DNA of 55,815 nucleotides from Saprolegnia diclina VS20 (taxonomy: Eukaryota), in NCBI RefSeq assembly GCF_000281045.1, contig NW_008246089.1, positions 585,256-641,070 of the forward strand, read 5' to 3'. The position numbers and the translations under genes are program-made. Shown here piece by piece: positions 1 to 9,808 of the stretch (the stretch's first letter is position 1; every line of letters starts with the position of its first letter). The notes below the pieces were generated by a model. It did no database searches. It was not told the DNA's origin and saw only the letters and a list, made by a program, of their open reading frames with translations.

Positions 1-95
1 CGGCAACACACTGGACGTGGGCACGGCGCTCACGTCCCTCGCTCTCTTCAACATCCTCCGCTTCCCGCTCTTTATGCTCCCGAACGTCATCAACT
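1..95 (+). pseudogene. Truncated duplicate of the ABCC transporter (runs off the window start)
   Basis: 1-95 is identical to 4493-4587 (GNTLDVGTALTSLALFNILRFPLFMLPNVIN). Similarity stops abruptly at 95 and the frame hits a stop soon after. Confidence 0.85.
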
Positions 96-293
96 TTCCA
101 GGGCACCTTTTACCTCGACAAGGCGTCGGCGACTATGAATGGCATGCTCATTTTCTCGGTCATTGACACGTTTTACGTGCTCGACATTAAGACGTGGCGC
201 CGCTTCCAGCTCTACGTACCGAGAGGACACTACACGGAGATGGACGCGCCGACAAGGCGACGACTCAAGCATGCGTATCCGCTCATTGAGTAA
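96..293 (+). pseudogene. 3' fragment of a paralog of the ~1800-aa TM protein
   Basis: Translates FQGTFYLDKASATMNGMLIFSVIDTFYVLDIKTWRRFQLYVPRGHYTEMDAPTRRRLKHAYPLIE*, which aligns with the C-terminus of 9809-15208. It is out of frame with the preceding ABCC fragment. Confidence 0.85.
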
Positions 294-311
294 AAGGCGC
301 TTGATCACAAT

Positions 312-773
312 AACGATTGTGTCGTTGCCCTCTACGCGAGGAATACCTCTCGCACGAGTTCTCTTCAGGAGCGTGTCTTCTCGCTTTGCAAAACTGACCG
401 ACTCGCCGTTTCTCCAGAACCTCGGCGACGTCACGTTCGAGATGCTACTTGTGCTGTCCTTCAACAAGGAATTCATTCGGTCCGAGATCGACAACCGCAC
501 GCTGACTGATGCCCTCGCAAGCCGCCGCGACGCTCGTCAACTTTTCCGACCTTGACTGAGTCGGGTATCAACATCGCTGGAACACTTGGGTCAGCGGCGG
601 CGGCGGCTCCCACGCAAGCGCCGGCCAAGAAGTGCAAGCATTGTAGCGTTGAGTAGGCTCTGAGTAGGCTCTGAGTACACTCAGAGTAGTGAGTATACTC
701 CATGTATAAATTTTGAGTCATGAGTGAATACGTATTCACTCATTACGAAAATGGCCCATATTCACCATCCCTG
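312..773 (+). mobile_element. 5'-truncated hAT-like DNA transposon remnant
   Basis: Absent from the sister copy (ttgatcataat|gatgcgactg at ~1392-1412). Carries a frameshifted hAT dimerization-like motif (TSSLQERVFS / AKLTDSPFLQNLGDVTFEMLLVLSFN) and subterminal TGAGTA repeats. The right end catccctg reads CAGGGATG on the reverse strand, resembling the Ac/Ds TIR. Confidence 0.7.
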
Positions 774-1279
774 GATGCGACTGCTATAATCCTGCGGATG
801 GAGAGAAAAGGTATGCGCATGGTTGCGATATACTAGACAATTTGAAACAAGGAAATCTTGTATTGTTTACATATTTGCATTTATACCGGTTGGTTACACT
901 CCGTCCCAGCCACAACCTGACTGAGGTCCCTTGCGACATCCACCGATACGACCAAACGAGCGTCGAAGAAGCGCGCGGCGGCCTCGAAAGTTGGCTCGCA
1001 CCCCTCATTGCAAAAGTGGGTCGTCGTCTTGTTGGTATTGAAGGCATCATGTCCAGTGGCAACACGAAGTATCGTAAGCTCGGACAGCTATACATTGGCA
1101 GTGGACGTGCAACAGGAGCAAATATCTCTTTTCATTGTATTGGGAAAGAACGTCTAGATGGACTACTAGTAGGACACGTNNNNNNNNNNNNNNNNNNNNN
1201 NNNNNNNNNNNNNNNNNNNNNNNNNNNNNNNNNNNNNNNNNNNNNNNNNNNNNNNNNNNNNNNNNNNNNNNNNNNNNNN

Positions 1280-1384
1280 AAAACGTGGCGCCGCTTCCAG
1301 CTTTATGTACCGAAAGGCCACTACGCGGAGATGGACGCGCCGACAAGACGACGACTCAAGCATGCGTATCCGCTTATCGAGTAA
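1280..1384 (+). pseudogene. Second 3' fragment of the TM-protein paralog (5' part hidden in the gap)
   Basis: KTWRRFQLYVPKGHYAEMDAPTRRRLKHAYPLIE*. It could be the end of an intact gene lying in the gap. Confidence 0.6.
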
Positions 1385-1828
1385 AAGGCGCTTGATCATA
1401 ATGATGCGACTGCTCTATTCCTGCGGATCGAGAGAAAAGGTGTACATGGTTGCGATACATTTATACCAGATAATTTTACAACACTGTTCAACATATAAAT
1501 CTTCGATTGTTTACATATTTGCATTGTATACCAGTTAGTTATACTTCGTCCCAGCCACAACCTGACTAAGGTCCCTTGCCACACCCACCGCCACGACCAA
1601 ACGGGCGTCGAAGAAGCGCGCGGTGGTCACCAAAGTTGGCTCGCACCCCTAAGGAGGGTAGGAGGGTAGGAGAGATGGGGCGTCTTGTTGGCATTGAAGG
1701 CATCGTGTCCAGCGGCAACACGAAGTACCGCAATCTCGGGCAGCTATACATTGGCAGTGGACGTGCAACAGGAGCAAATATGTCTTCGTATAGTATTGGG
1801 TAAGGACGTCTAGATGAACTAGGACACG

Positions 1829-2748
1829 TTACGAGAGGAAGAGCACCGTGTGTTCGTAGACGAAAAAGGTGACGGCGTTGACGGGGAACGCGCGGAGGAG
1901 CGTGGTGCCGAGGCCTTTGGTGAACGGCGCGTAGCCTTGCTCTTGGAGAAGCCGCCGGACTTGGTAGCGCATACTCTTCTCCAGCGACGAGGCGTGGCCA
2001 GGCAGCGTCTGGATGCAGCTTTTCACCACGTCGATGGGGTACACCAGACCCCACGAAACGACGCCGGCCGCGCCGCCGGCCACGAGCATCGACGCCGTGT
2101 CGTCGACGCGCTTCTCGATGAGTGAGCGTTTAAGCGCTTCGTAGACGTAAAAGTAGACACCAAACGAATACGAGTCGCGAAGAACCGTGGGCCAAAACCC
2201 GAGAAAGAGCCCGCGGACACCAAAACGACCGTAAATGTGCTGGACGCACTCGATCGGACCGCGAAAACTCGGGGTTTTCGTAAACCCGTCCTGCGCTTGG
2301 AGCTGGCATTTGATCAAATCGGTCGGACACAGTGCGATCGACTGAAGCAGCCCTGCGATACTACCGGCGGTAAACACGGACGAGAGGCGGGGCTCGGGCG
2401 ACGCGACTCCCGCTTCGAGCTGGCGAAGCGCGCTACCGTAGGCACCAAACACGATTGCACTGGTCCAGAGACTGCCAAAGAGCGGAGACGTCAAGCCTTT
2501 GAAGAAGCCGCGGACACCCTCGTGCTGCCACTACCAACATGTTCACGATACGAGCATCCATCCCGAAAATAGGGGTTGGCTACCGTGTGGCGCGCACAGG
2601 CGACCGGGCCCGAGTAAAAGGCGCCGTGGGTCTGCAAACGGACCTTGATCGTATCGAAGGGCTGGCCCACGATGATGCCACTGCCGCCGCCGACGCAGCC
2701 CGCGGCAAAGTCGATGGCCGCGCTCTTGAACGCGCTGGTGTCCGTCAT
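1829..2748 (-). CDS. Mitochondrial carrier (SLC25; carnitine/basic amino acid carrier-like), ~288 aa; exons 2748-2584 and 2530-1829
   Basis: Three PxDxxK signatures (PFDTIKVRLQ, PTDLIKCQLQ, PIDVVKSCIQ) and LRAFPVNAVTF. A GT-AG intron at 2583-2531 restores the frame. Confidence 0.93.
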
Positions 2749-3440
2749 GCGTGCAAGTGCAAACTCGACCGCGATTGGCCTGGCATCTGGATACAAATCG
2801 GTGATTGGCTAATTTAGACAAGCATCTGGGATTGGTCAACAAGGTGGCTGTTCTTGTGGCCACAATCAAGAGACCACAAACGACCAGCACGCCGCCGCTG
2901 CTTCAGGCATGCACCAGCGAGCGCCCCCTGTCAACTATTACCCGAGGGATCCCTTGGCACGAGTATAGACGACGAGAATGCTACAACTACAAATTGGGAC
3001 TGTTCACATGTCGCTTTCTGGCCGAGCGAACCCAGAGACGAGGAGAGGATGGCGCCAGTTCAAATCCCCCGACCTGCTCATCAGAGTCCTAAATTCCTGG
3101 CGATGCCAACGAACCCGTGCTAAGATCTTAGCGCCATGTGCGAAGAGCCGTCGTTGCGACTACCGTTGCTCCTGCAAGTACTTCCAGCAGTTGAGCACCG
3201 CTGGTGTCGTTGTCTTGATTACGCCACGACCGCTGTCGATCCACGAACTGATCGGTCGCCACGTGTTTAAACGCTGTCGTGTTCGCGTCGATGGATGTTT
3301 CACGTCGTTTCACGTGGGGTCGTACGGTTTTTGACCCATTTAGCGCATCACGTCCAAGGCGCAGTCGGATCGAGCATACAAATCTAGAGAGTCGTTTCTC
3401 GAGCTCGCGAGCAGGCGCCGAATTCGGTTGGCGGTGAACT

Positions 3441-3455
3441 TCACTTGGCAATTTC
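3441..3455 (+). promoter_or_regulatory. Oomycete INR+FPR-like core promoter element
   Basis: TCACTTGGCAATTTC lies directly upstream of the ABCC ATG. Similar elements occur at ~25751 (TCAGTTTGCATTTTG) and ~39863 (GCACTTTCGAATTTG). Confidence 0.5.
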
Positions 3456-6400
3456 ATGGCAATGGCACGCAAGACGGACGAGACGCTGCCGCTCCTCGCC
3501 AAGGCCGACGGGCTCGGCGACCGCAGCCCCGACGAGATGGGCGGCTGCGCCTCCGGCCTCTTCTTCTCGTGGCTCACGCCGCTCCTCGACCTCGGGAACC
3601 GCCGGCCGCTCGAGTTTGCCGACTTGTACCAGCTGAACCGCAACGACCGCGCTGCTCATATCTCCAAGAGCTTCCAAGCGCAGTGGAGCCGCGAGCTGCG
3701 TCTTCCGACGCCGCGCCTCTGGCGGGCCATGGCGCGCGCCTTTGGCTGGCCCTTTGCGTACGCGGGTTTTCTCAAGCTCATCCACGACTCGCTTCAGTTT
3801 GTCGGGCCCATGGTCATCAAGCTCATCATCGAGTTCCTCTCGCAGCCGGACGCCGACCTCCGCGTCGGCTTGATCTACGCGGGCGCGATCTTTGTCTCTG
3901 GCGTCATCCAGTCGTTTGCGTTGCGCCAATACTTTTTCTACTGCTTTGAGACCGGTCTCCGCCTTCGGTCGGCGGTCGTCACGGCCGTGTACCACAAGTC
4001 GCTCGTGCTCTCGGCGGCGGCCAAGAGCGCGCGGTCGACGGGCGAGATCACAAACCTCATGAGCATCGACGCGCAGCGCCTCCAGGAAATCACCAACTAC
4101 TCGCATGCGATCTGGTACGCCTTCTTCCAGATCGTCGTGTCGTCGTACTTGCTGTACCTCCAACTCGGCGTCGCGTTTGTCTCGGGCGTCATTGTCATTT
4201 TACTCCTGATTCCAGCGACCGCATGCATCTCCAAGATGATGCAAGCGCTCCAGGAGAAGCTCATGGCGGTCAAGGACGAGCGCGTCAAGGTCACGTACGA
4301 GGTCCTCTCGGGCATCAAGGTCATCAAGCTCCAAGCATGGGAAAACAGCTTTACAACCCGCGTCATGGAGTTCCGCACGAACGAGCTCGCGCGCCTTCGG
4401 ACGTACTACATTGCCGACGCGTTCTCGGACGTTGTCTACAATGGTGTGCCGTCGCTCGTGACGATCGTCTCGTTCGCGACGTACATCTACCTCGGCAACA
4501 CACTGGACGTGGGCACGGCGCTCACGTCCCTCGCTCTCTTCAACATCCTCCGCTTCCCGCTCTTTATGCTCCCGAACGTCATCAACTCGCTCGTCGAAGC
4601 CCAAGTGTCGTTCAAGCGCCTCACCGCGTTCTTCCTCTTGGAGGAGCGAACGCCCGTGACGACCGGCGACCTCACCGACGTTGGCATTGCGCTCCACAAC
4701 GCGACCTTTACATACGAAGAAGGCGCCGAGGCGACGCCCGCGCTCACCAACGTCTCGCTTTCGTTTGGTTCGAATCAGCTGGTGGCGGTCGTCGGCGCGG
4801 TGGGCTCGGGCAAATCGACGCTTCTCGCGGGTCTTCTGGGTGACGCGACGTGTGCCCACGGCCGCGTGCACCTCAAGGGCTCGATTGCGTATGTGAGCCA
4901 GCAGCCGTTCATCCAGAACGCCACCGTGCGCGACAACATCACGTTTGGCCTTCCGTTCGAACACGCCAAGTACCAAAAGGCGATTGCTGTGAGTTGCCTC
5001 GGTGATGACCTCAAGATCCTTCCCGGTGGCGACATGACGGAGATTGGCGAGAAGGGCATCAACCTCAGCGGCGGCCAGCGCACGCGCGTCGCGATTGCGC
5101 GTGCCGTGTACCAAGACGCCGACATTTACCTCTTGGACGACCCGTTGGCGGCCGTCGACAGCCACGTGGGCTCGGACATCTTCAAGCAGTGCTTCCAGAC
5201 CGCGCTCAAGGGCAAGTTGGTGGTGCTCGTGACGAATGGTCTTCAGTTTCTCAAGGACTGTGACGCGGTCGTCGTCATTGCGAGCGGCAAGGTCGCCGAG
5301 TTTGGCACGTTTGCCGACGTCTCGGCCATTCCAGGCGGCGTGCTCACCACGCTTCTCGAGAGCGTCCAGGAAGCGCCGGCCGAAGAGACGTACGCGGTGC
5401 CTGAGACGGCGGCGACGGACGACGAAGACGTGGCCAATGACGACGACGGCGTCCCGCGGCGTCGTGGGTCGTCAATGCGCAGCGACACGGACGGCGACAA
5501 CAAGGATCAAAATGGGGCGCTCATTCTCGACGAAGACCGTGCGACGGGCGACGTGCCGTGGTCGACGTACAAGGTGTGGATCCATGCGTGCGGTGGCTTT
5601 GGCGTTGCATCGGCGGTTGTCTTCTTCTTCGTCCTCTCGCAGCTCGTCAACCTCGCGTCGACGTTTTGGCTCTCGTACTGGTCCGGGCAGGCCGGGTCGT
5701 CCCAGTCGGACCAAATGTACTACTTTTGGATCTTCACGGCGCTCAACGTGGGCTATACGGCGACGGTGTTTGTGCGCATTTTGACGCTGTACCTAGCGGG
5801 TCTCCGTGGTTCCAAGGTTCTCTTCCAGCAGCTGCTCACCCAAGTGCTGCGGGCGCCCACGTCCTTCTTTGATACGACACCGCTCGGCCGCATCGTCAAC
5901 CGTCTCTCGAAAGACGTCTATGCGATCGACGAGTCGATTCCGTCGACGTGGGGCATGCTCTTTGGCACGATTTTCTCGGTGCTCACGACAATTGCGACCG
6001 TCGTGTACGTCACGCCGTACTTTACGCTGGTCCTCTTCCCGCTGGGCGCGCTCTACTACGTGTCGCAGCGCTACTTTGTCAAGACGTCTCGGGAGCTCCA
6101 GCGCCTCGACTCGATCTCGCGGTCGCCGGTCTACGCGCTCTTTACCGAGACGCTCGAAGGCATTGCGACCATCCGGGCGTTTGGCGCCGAGACGCAGTTT
6201 GCGGCGCGGAACGAAGACCTCCTCGACCGCAACCAGCGCGCGTACTTTCTGAACTTTTCGGCCAACTGCTGGCTCGCGCTCCGGCTCGAGTTTGCCGGCA
6301 CCGTCGTTGCAACGTCGGCGGCCTTGTTAGCTGTGTGCGGGCACCAAGCCGACAACAGCGTGGCCTTTGCGGGCCTCGCCGGCGTCTCGCTCTCGTACGC

Positions 6401-7298
6401 CTTCTCGGTCACGCAGTCGCTCAACTGGTCCGTGCGCATGATCAGCTCGATCCAGACGCAAATGGTGTCGGTCGAGCGCATCCACAACTACTGCGTCCTG
6501 GACACCGAGGCCGACTTGTATGCGCCGACGACCGTCCAGGCCAAGCTCCAAGCGGCGGCGTGGCCGCAAGACGGCCAAGTGACATTTCAAGACGTTGATT
6601 TGCGCTACCGCCCGGGTCTGCCGCGCGTGCTCCGGAAGCTCAGCTTCCGCATTGGTCGCAACGAAAAGATTGGCATTGTCGGGCGCACGGGCGCGGGCAA
6701 GAGCAGTCTCGTCGTCGCGTTCATGCGCATCGTCGAGCCGTGCGGCGGTCGCATCCTCATCGACGGCGTCGACATTGCCACAATCGGTCTCCATGACCTC
6801 CGCGAGAAGATTGCAATCATTCCCCAAGACCCGGTGCTCTTCTCGGGCTCGATTCGGTCCAACTTGGACCCGTTCTCGCGCTACGACGACGCGGCGCTCT
6901 GGGTGGCGGTCAAGCGTGCGCACCTCGAGTCGGCGGTCACATCGCTCGACGACAAGGTCGACGAACGCGGCATGAACTTTAGCGTTGGCGAACGGCAGCT
7001 GATTTGCATTGCGCGGGCGCTGCTCAAGAAGTCGAAAGTGATTCTCATGGACGAAGCGACGGCGTCGATCGACGCCAACACGGACCGGCTCATCCAGCAG
7101 AGCATCCGCGACGAGTTTGTCGACTGCACGACGCTGACGATCGCCCACCGCATCAACACGATCTTGGACTGCGACCGCATTCTGGTCATGGACAAGGGCG
7201 GCGCGGCCGAGTTTGACGCGCCGAACGAGCTGCTCAAGAACCCAAAGGGCCTCTTCACCAACCTTGTCGACCACTGGCGCGACGGCGACGAGTCCTAG
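3456..7298 (+). CDS. ABC transporter subfamily C (MRP-like), 1280 aa, intronless
   Basis: TMD-NBD-TMD-NBD layout. Walker A motifs GAVGSGKS and GRTGAGKS, signatures LSGGQ and FSVGE, Walker B motifs YLLDD and ILMDE, plus FFDTTPLGRI and IAHRINTI. Confidence 0.97.
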   Translation: MAMARKTDETLPLLAKADGLGDRSPDEMGGCASGLFFSWLTPLLDLGNRRPLEFADLYQLNRNDRAAHISKSFQAQWSRELRLPTPRLWRAMARAFGWPFAYAGFLKLIHDSLQFVGPMVIKLIIEFLSQPDADLRVGLIYAGAIFVSGVIQSFALRQYFFYCFETGLRLRSAVVTAVYHKSLVLSAAAKSARSTGEITNLMSIDAQRLQEITNYSHAIWYAFFQIVVSSYLLYLQLGVAFVSGVIVILLLIPATACISKMMQALQEKLMAVKDERVKVTYEVLSGIKVIKLQAWENSFTTRVMEFRTNELARLRTYYIADAFSDVVYNGVPSLVTIVSFATYIYLGNTLDVGTALTSLALFNILRFPLFMLPNVINSLVEAQVSFKRLTAFFLLEERTPVTTGDLTDVGIALHNATFTYEEGAEATPALTNVSLSFGSNQLVAVVGAVGSGKSTLLAGLLGDATCAHGRVHLKGSIAYVSQQPFIQNATVRDNITFGLPFEHAKYQKAIAVSCLGDDLKILPGGDMTEIGEKGINLSGGQRTRVAIARAVYQDADIYLLDDPLAAVDSHVGSDIFKQCFQTALKGKLVVLVTNGLQFLKDCDAVVVIASGKVAEFGTFADVSAIPGGVLTTLLESVQEAPAEETYAVPETAATDDEDVANDDDGVPRRRGSSMRSDTDGDNKDQNGALILDEDRATGDVPWSTYKVWIHACGGFGVASAVVFFFVLSQLVNLASTFWLSYWSGQAGSSQSDQMYYFWIFTALNVGYTATVFVRILTLYLAGLRGSKVLFQQLLTQVLRAPTSFFDTTPLGRIVNRLSKDVYAIDESIPSTWGMLFGTIFSVLTTIATVVYVTPYFTLVLFPLGALYYVSQRYFVKTSRELQRLDSISRSPVYALFTETLEGIATIRAFGAETQFAARNEDLLDRNQRAYFLNFSANCWLALRLEFAGTVVATSAALLAVCGHQADNSVAFAGLAGVSLSYAFSVTQSLNWSVRMISSIQTQMVSVERIHNYCVLDTEADLYAPTTVQAKLQAAAWPQDGQVTFQDVDLRYRPGLPRVLRKLSFRIGRNEKIGIVGRTGAGKSSLVVAFMRIVEPCGGRILIDGVDIATIGLHDLREKIAIIPQDPVLFSGSIRSNLDPFSRYDDAALWVAVKRAHLESAVTSLDDKVDERGMNFSVGERQLICIARALLKKSKVILMDEATASIDANTDRLIQQSIRDEFVDCTTLTIAHRINTILDCDRILVMDKGGAAEFDAPNELLKNPKGLFTNLVDHWRDGDES

Positions 7299-7692
7299 GC
7301 GAAGATTCGCCAAGTACATATTGTGCATTCTCTAAAACAGTGTAATGTCAACTCCACGATGACCTCGTCGTATTTGTGTGAAACACCCCACAACCACCAA
7401 AGGGCAGTTCAATATCTAGTTGGTACAGGCTTGCAAACACCCATCAGGACGGGTCCTTCCCACCAAGTGTACCTCCAAAGTCGGACAGCTCGTACAAATA
7501 ACTTGCTGTCAAAGGTGTCGGAGTCTGTCACCTGACATAGCTAAGCATTGAGTCAAAGCAGCCACATGTCTTTGTTTCTCGTAGCGACCCGTGCATTGTT
7601 GCGCTTGAACAGTGAGCCGTGAACCACCAGCACGTAAAAGCAAGGATGGGATTTTATAAATTGAGTGGGTTCTAATTTGTAGTCGGATCTAG

Positions 7693-9312
7693 TTACTCGT
7701 CGTCGCTGTCGCCAAAGGTGATCTTGGTGGCCTTCTTGTTCATGTCGACGTTCTTGGCAAACGCGCCGTAGAGCTTGTGCTCCTTCTTCTTGACGTGCGT
7801 GCCAAACTTGGTGAGCTCTTCCGGCACGGGCGCGTTCGACTCGCGGAGGAGGTTGACGAGTTCGCCGGCCTTGGGCTTGTCATGGTTGGTGAAGAACGTA
7901 TGCGAAATGCCCTTCTTGCCGCCGCGGCCCGTACGGCCAATGCGGTGCACGTAGTCTTCGATCGTGAGCGGGAACGAGTAGTTGAGGACAAACTCGACGT
8001 CCGGAATGTCGAGGCCGCGGGCCGCCACGTCCGTCGCGATGAGCAGCGGGATGGTGCCGCTCTTGAACGCCTCGAGGGCCTCCATGCGCTGGGCCTGGCC
8101 CTTGTCGCCGTGGATCGCTGTGCACTTCCAGCCCTTGCGCTGGAGCATCGTCTCGACACGGACAGCCTCCTTCTTATACAGGACAAACACCAAGACACGG
8201 TTCTTGCGCGACCCGTGGTACTTCTTCAAGAGGCCGTCAAGCTTGGCGTCGCGGCCAAACTCGTCAACGACCTCGACGATCTGCGTCACGTTCTCGGACG
8301 CCGCAAGGTCGTCCGAACCGATCGTGACCTTGACCGGGTCCTCGAGGAACTCGTGCGCGAGCTTCTGGATCGACTGCGGCCACGTGGCGCTGAACATGGC
8401 GATCTGGCGCTCGGCGTGGCACTCAGCCATGATGAGGCGGATATCCTTCTCGAACCCGTCGTCCAACATGCGGTCGGCTTCGTCGAGGACAATGTACGAG
8501 ACGTTGGCGAGCGAGCACGACTTCTCCTGGACGAGATCCTTGAGGCGACCGGGCGTCGCAACGACGACCTGGACGCCAGCCTTGAGCGCGCGCTTCTGCT
8601 CGTGTTTGGGCACACCGCCGTAGAGGCAGAGCGAGTTGATGTTGACCGACTTGCCCGCGACCGCGATGACGTCGGCGCACTGCACGGCAAGTTCGCGCGT
8701 CGGCGCGACCACAAGCATGATCGGGCCCTTCTTCTTCGGGTTCGTCTTGAGCTGGTCGGTGATGTGGACAAGGCCCGGCACCGAGAAGGCGAGCGTCTTG
8801 CCCGAACCCGTCTGGGCGATACCAATGATGTCACGGCCAGACGTCAAAATCGGCCAGCACTGCGACTGGATCGGCGTCGGCTTGGCAAAGTTCTCGCACG
8901 ACTTGAGCATCGCCTTGGGGAACGGCGCGTCCGCGAACGAGAGGATCGGGCGGTACAAGCAGTGGTTGCCGCTCATCGTCATGTGGTTCTCCTGGTGGAA
9001 CGCGTCGACGGCCTCGTTCGAGAGCGCGGCCGTGTTGGGGCTCTCGACGTAGAACGACTTCTTGAACGACTTGTCCGACGGCGGCGGCTGCTGGTACGGG
9101 CCGTTGGCAAAGTCGGCCTTGGCCTTCTTGGCCGGCGCCTCGGCCTCGTCGTCCGAAGCGACCTTGCGCTTCTTCTCCTTCTTGGCCTTCTTCTCTTTCT
9201 TCTCCTTCTTGGGCGCGACCTCTTCGGCCTCGTCGACCTCGACGGCGGCCTCCTTCTTCTGGCGCTTCGCCTCCTTGCGGAGCTTCTTGGCCAGCTTCTT
9301 GTCGTCGGTCAT
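7693..9312 (-). CDS. DBP3: DEAD-box RNA helicase, Dbp3/RH5-like (ribosome biogenesis)
   Basis: Q motif, AQTGSGKT, PTRELA, DEAD, SAT and HRIGRTGR motifs. Lys-rich N-terminus and a Dbp3-type C-terminus (FGTHVKKKEHKLYGAF..KITF). First ATG is at 9312. Confidence 0.9.
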   Translation of the reverse strand: MTDDKKLAKKLRKEAKRQKKEAAVEVDEAEEVAPKKEKKEKKAKKEKKRKVASDDEAEAPAKKAKADFANGPYQQPPPSDKSFKKSFYVESPNTAALSNEAVDAFHQENHMTMSGNHCLYRPILSFADAPFPKAMLKSCENFAKPTPIQSQCWPILTSGRDIIGIAQTGSGKTLAFSVPGLVHITDQLKTNPKKKGPIMLVVAPTRELAVQCADVIAVAGKSVNINSLCLYGGVPKHEQKRALKAGVQVVVATPGRLKDLVQEKSCSLANVSYIVLDEADRMLDDGFEKDIRLIMAECHAERQIAMFSATWPQSIQKLAHEFLEDPVKVTIGSDDLAASENVTQIVEVVDEFGRDAKLDGLLKKYHGSRKNRVLVFVLYKKEAVRVETMLQRKGWKCTAIHGDKGQAQRMEALEAFKSGTIPLLIATDVAARGLDIPDVEFVLNYSFPLTIEDYVHRIGRTGRGGKKGISHTFFTNHDKPKAGELVNLLRESNAPVPEELTKFGTHVKKKEHKLYGAFAKNVDMNKKATKITFGDSDDE

Positions 9313-9808
9313 CTTGATGTTTTGATAAGTGGGTCCGAGACGAAATTCGGCGCCTTTTTGACCAATCAAAAGCGACCCGGAGATTCCCCGGAGATGGCAC
9401 CACTCAATTTGAATGGTTGGCTGGACCCATCCGTATAATATGCATTATCCGGAAATGTCCATGACGTGGCGGTCTGTGCGAGCACGAAAACAACCGTCGA
9501 CATGACGCAGACCGGATACGTCCCACCGCGCGTCCGATCATCAAACTGCCGAGACAGGAGGGTTGACCACAGGTGTGCACAGCCCGTCATGGGCTTTGGT
9601 GCGCGAGACCAATGGGTTTTGTCGATAATAGCAGTAGATAGATAGACCAACAGGACCCAAGATAGTTGGATAGTGGACCTGTACGATAGCTGGATAGGGC
9701 CATATTCATTTGAGGCATCCGTTCATGGGCTGTTATTGTCGTCGTTGGGTAATGTGGTGAGCACACAAGGAAGTAAGACCTGTTCTTATGTGCCTTTTCT
9801 GGATGGCG

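Larger units (their letters stand above)
193..1829. repeat. Diverged tandem segmental duplication (copy A 193-311 + 774-1179; copy B ~1283-1829) separated by N gap 1180-1279
   Basis: The two copies align directly. Both end in aggacacgt, which in copy B abuts the SLC25 stop codon. Confidence 0.9.

Noticed and set aside
649..743. Short TGAGTAGGCTC-type direct repeats, superficially array-like
   Set aside because: Not CRISPR: eukaryotic context, no spacers. They are explained as transposon subterminal repeats.
784..1803. ORFs predicted in the duplicated spacer, including those spanning the N gap
   Set aside because: Indels between the two copies break the frames, and ORFs crossing Ns are artefacts.
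7777..9438. Long antisense ORFs (553 aa here; also 17570-19027, 4200-5165, 6327-7328, 27173-28177, 42054-43124)
   Set aside because: Shadow ORFs caused by high GC3 codon bias opposite well-supported genes; no recognisable motifs.
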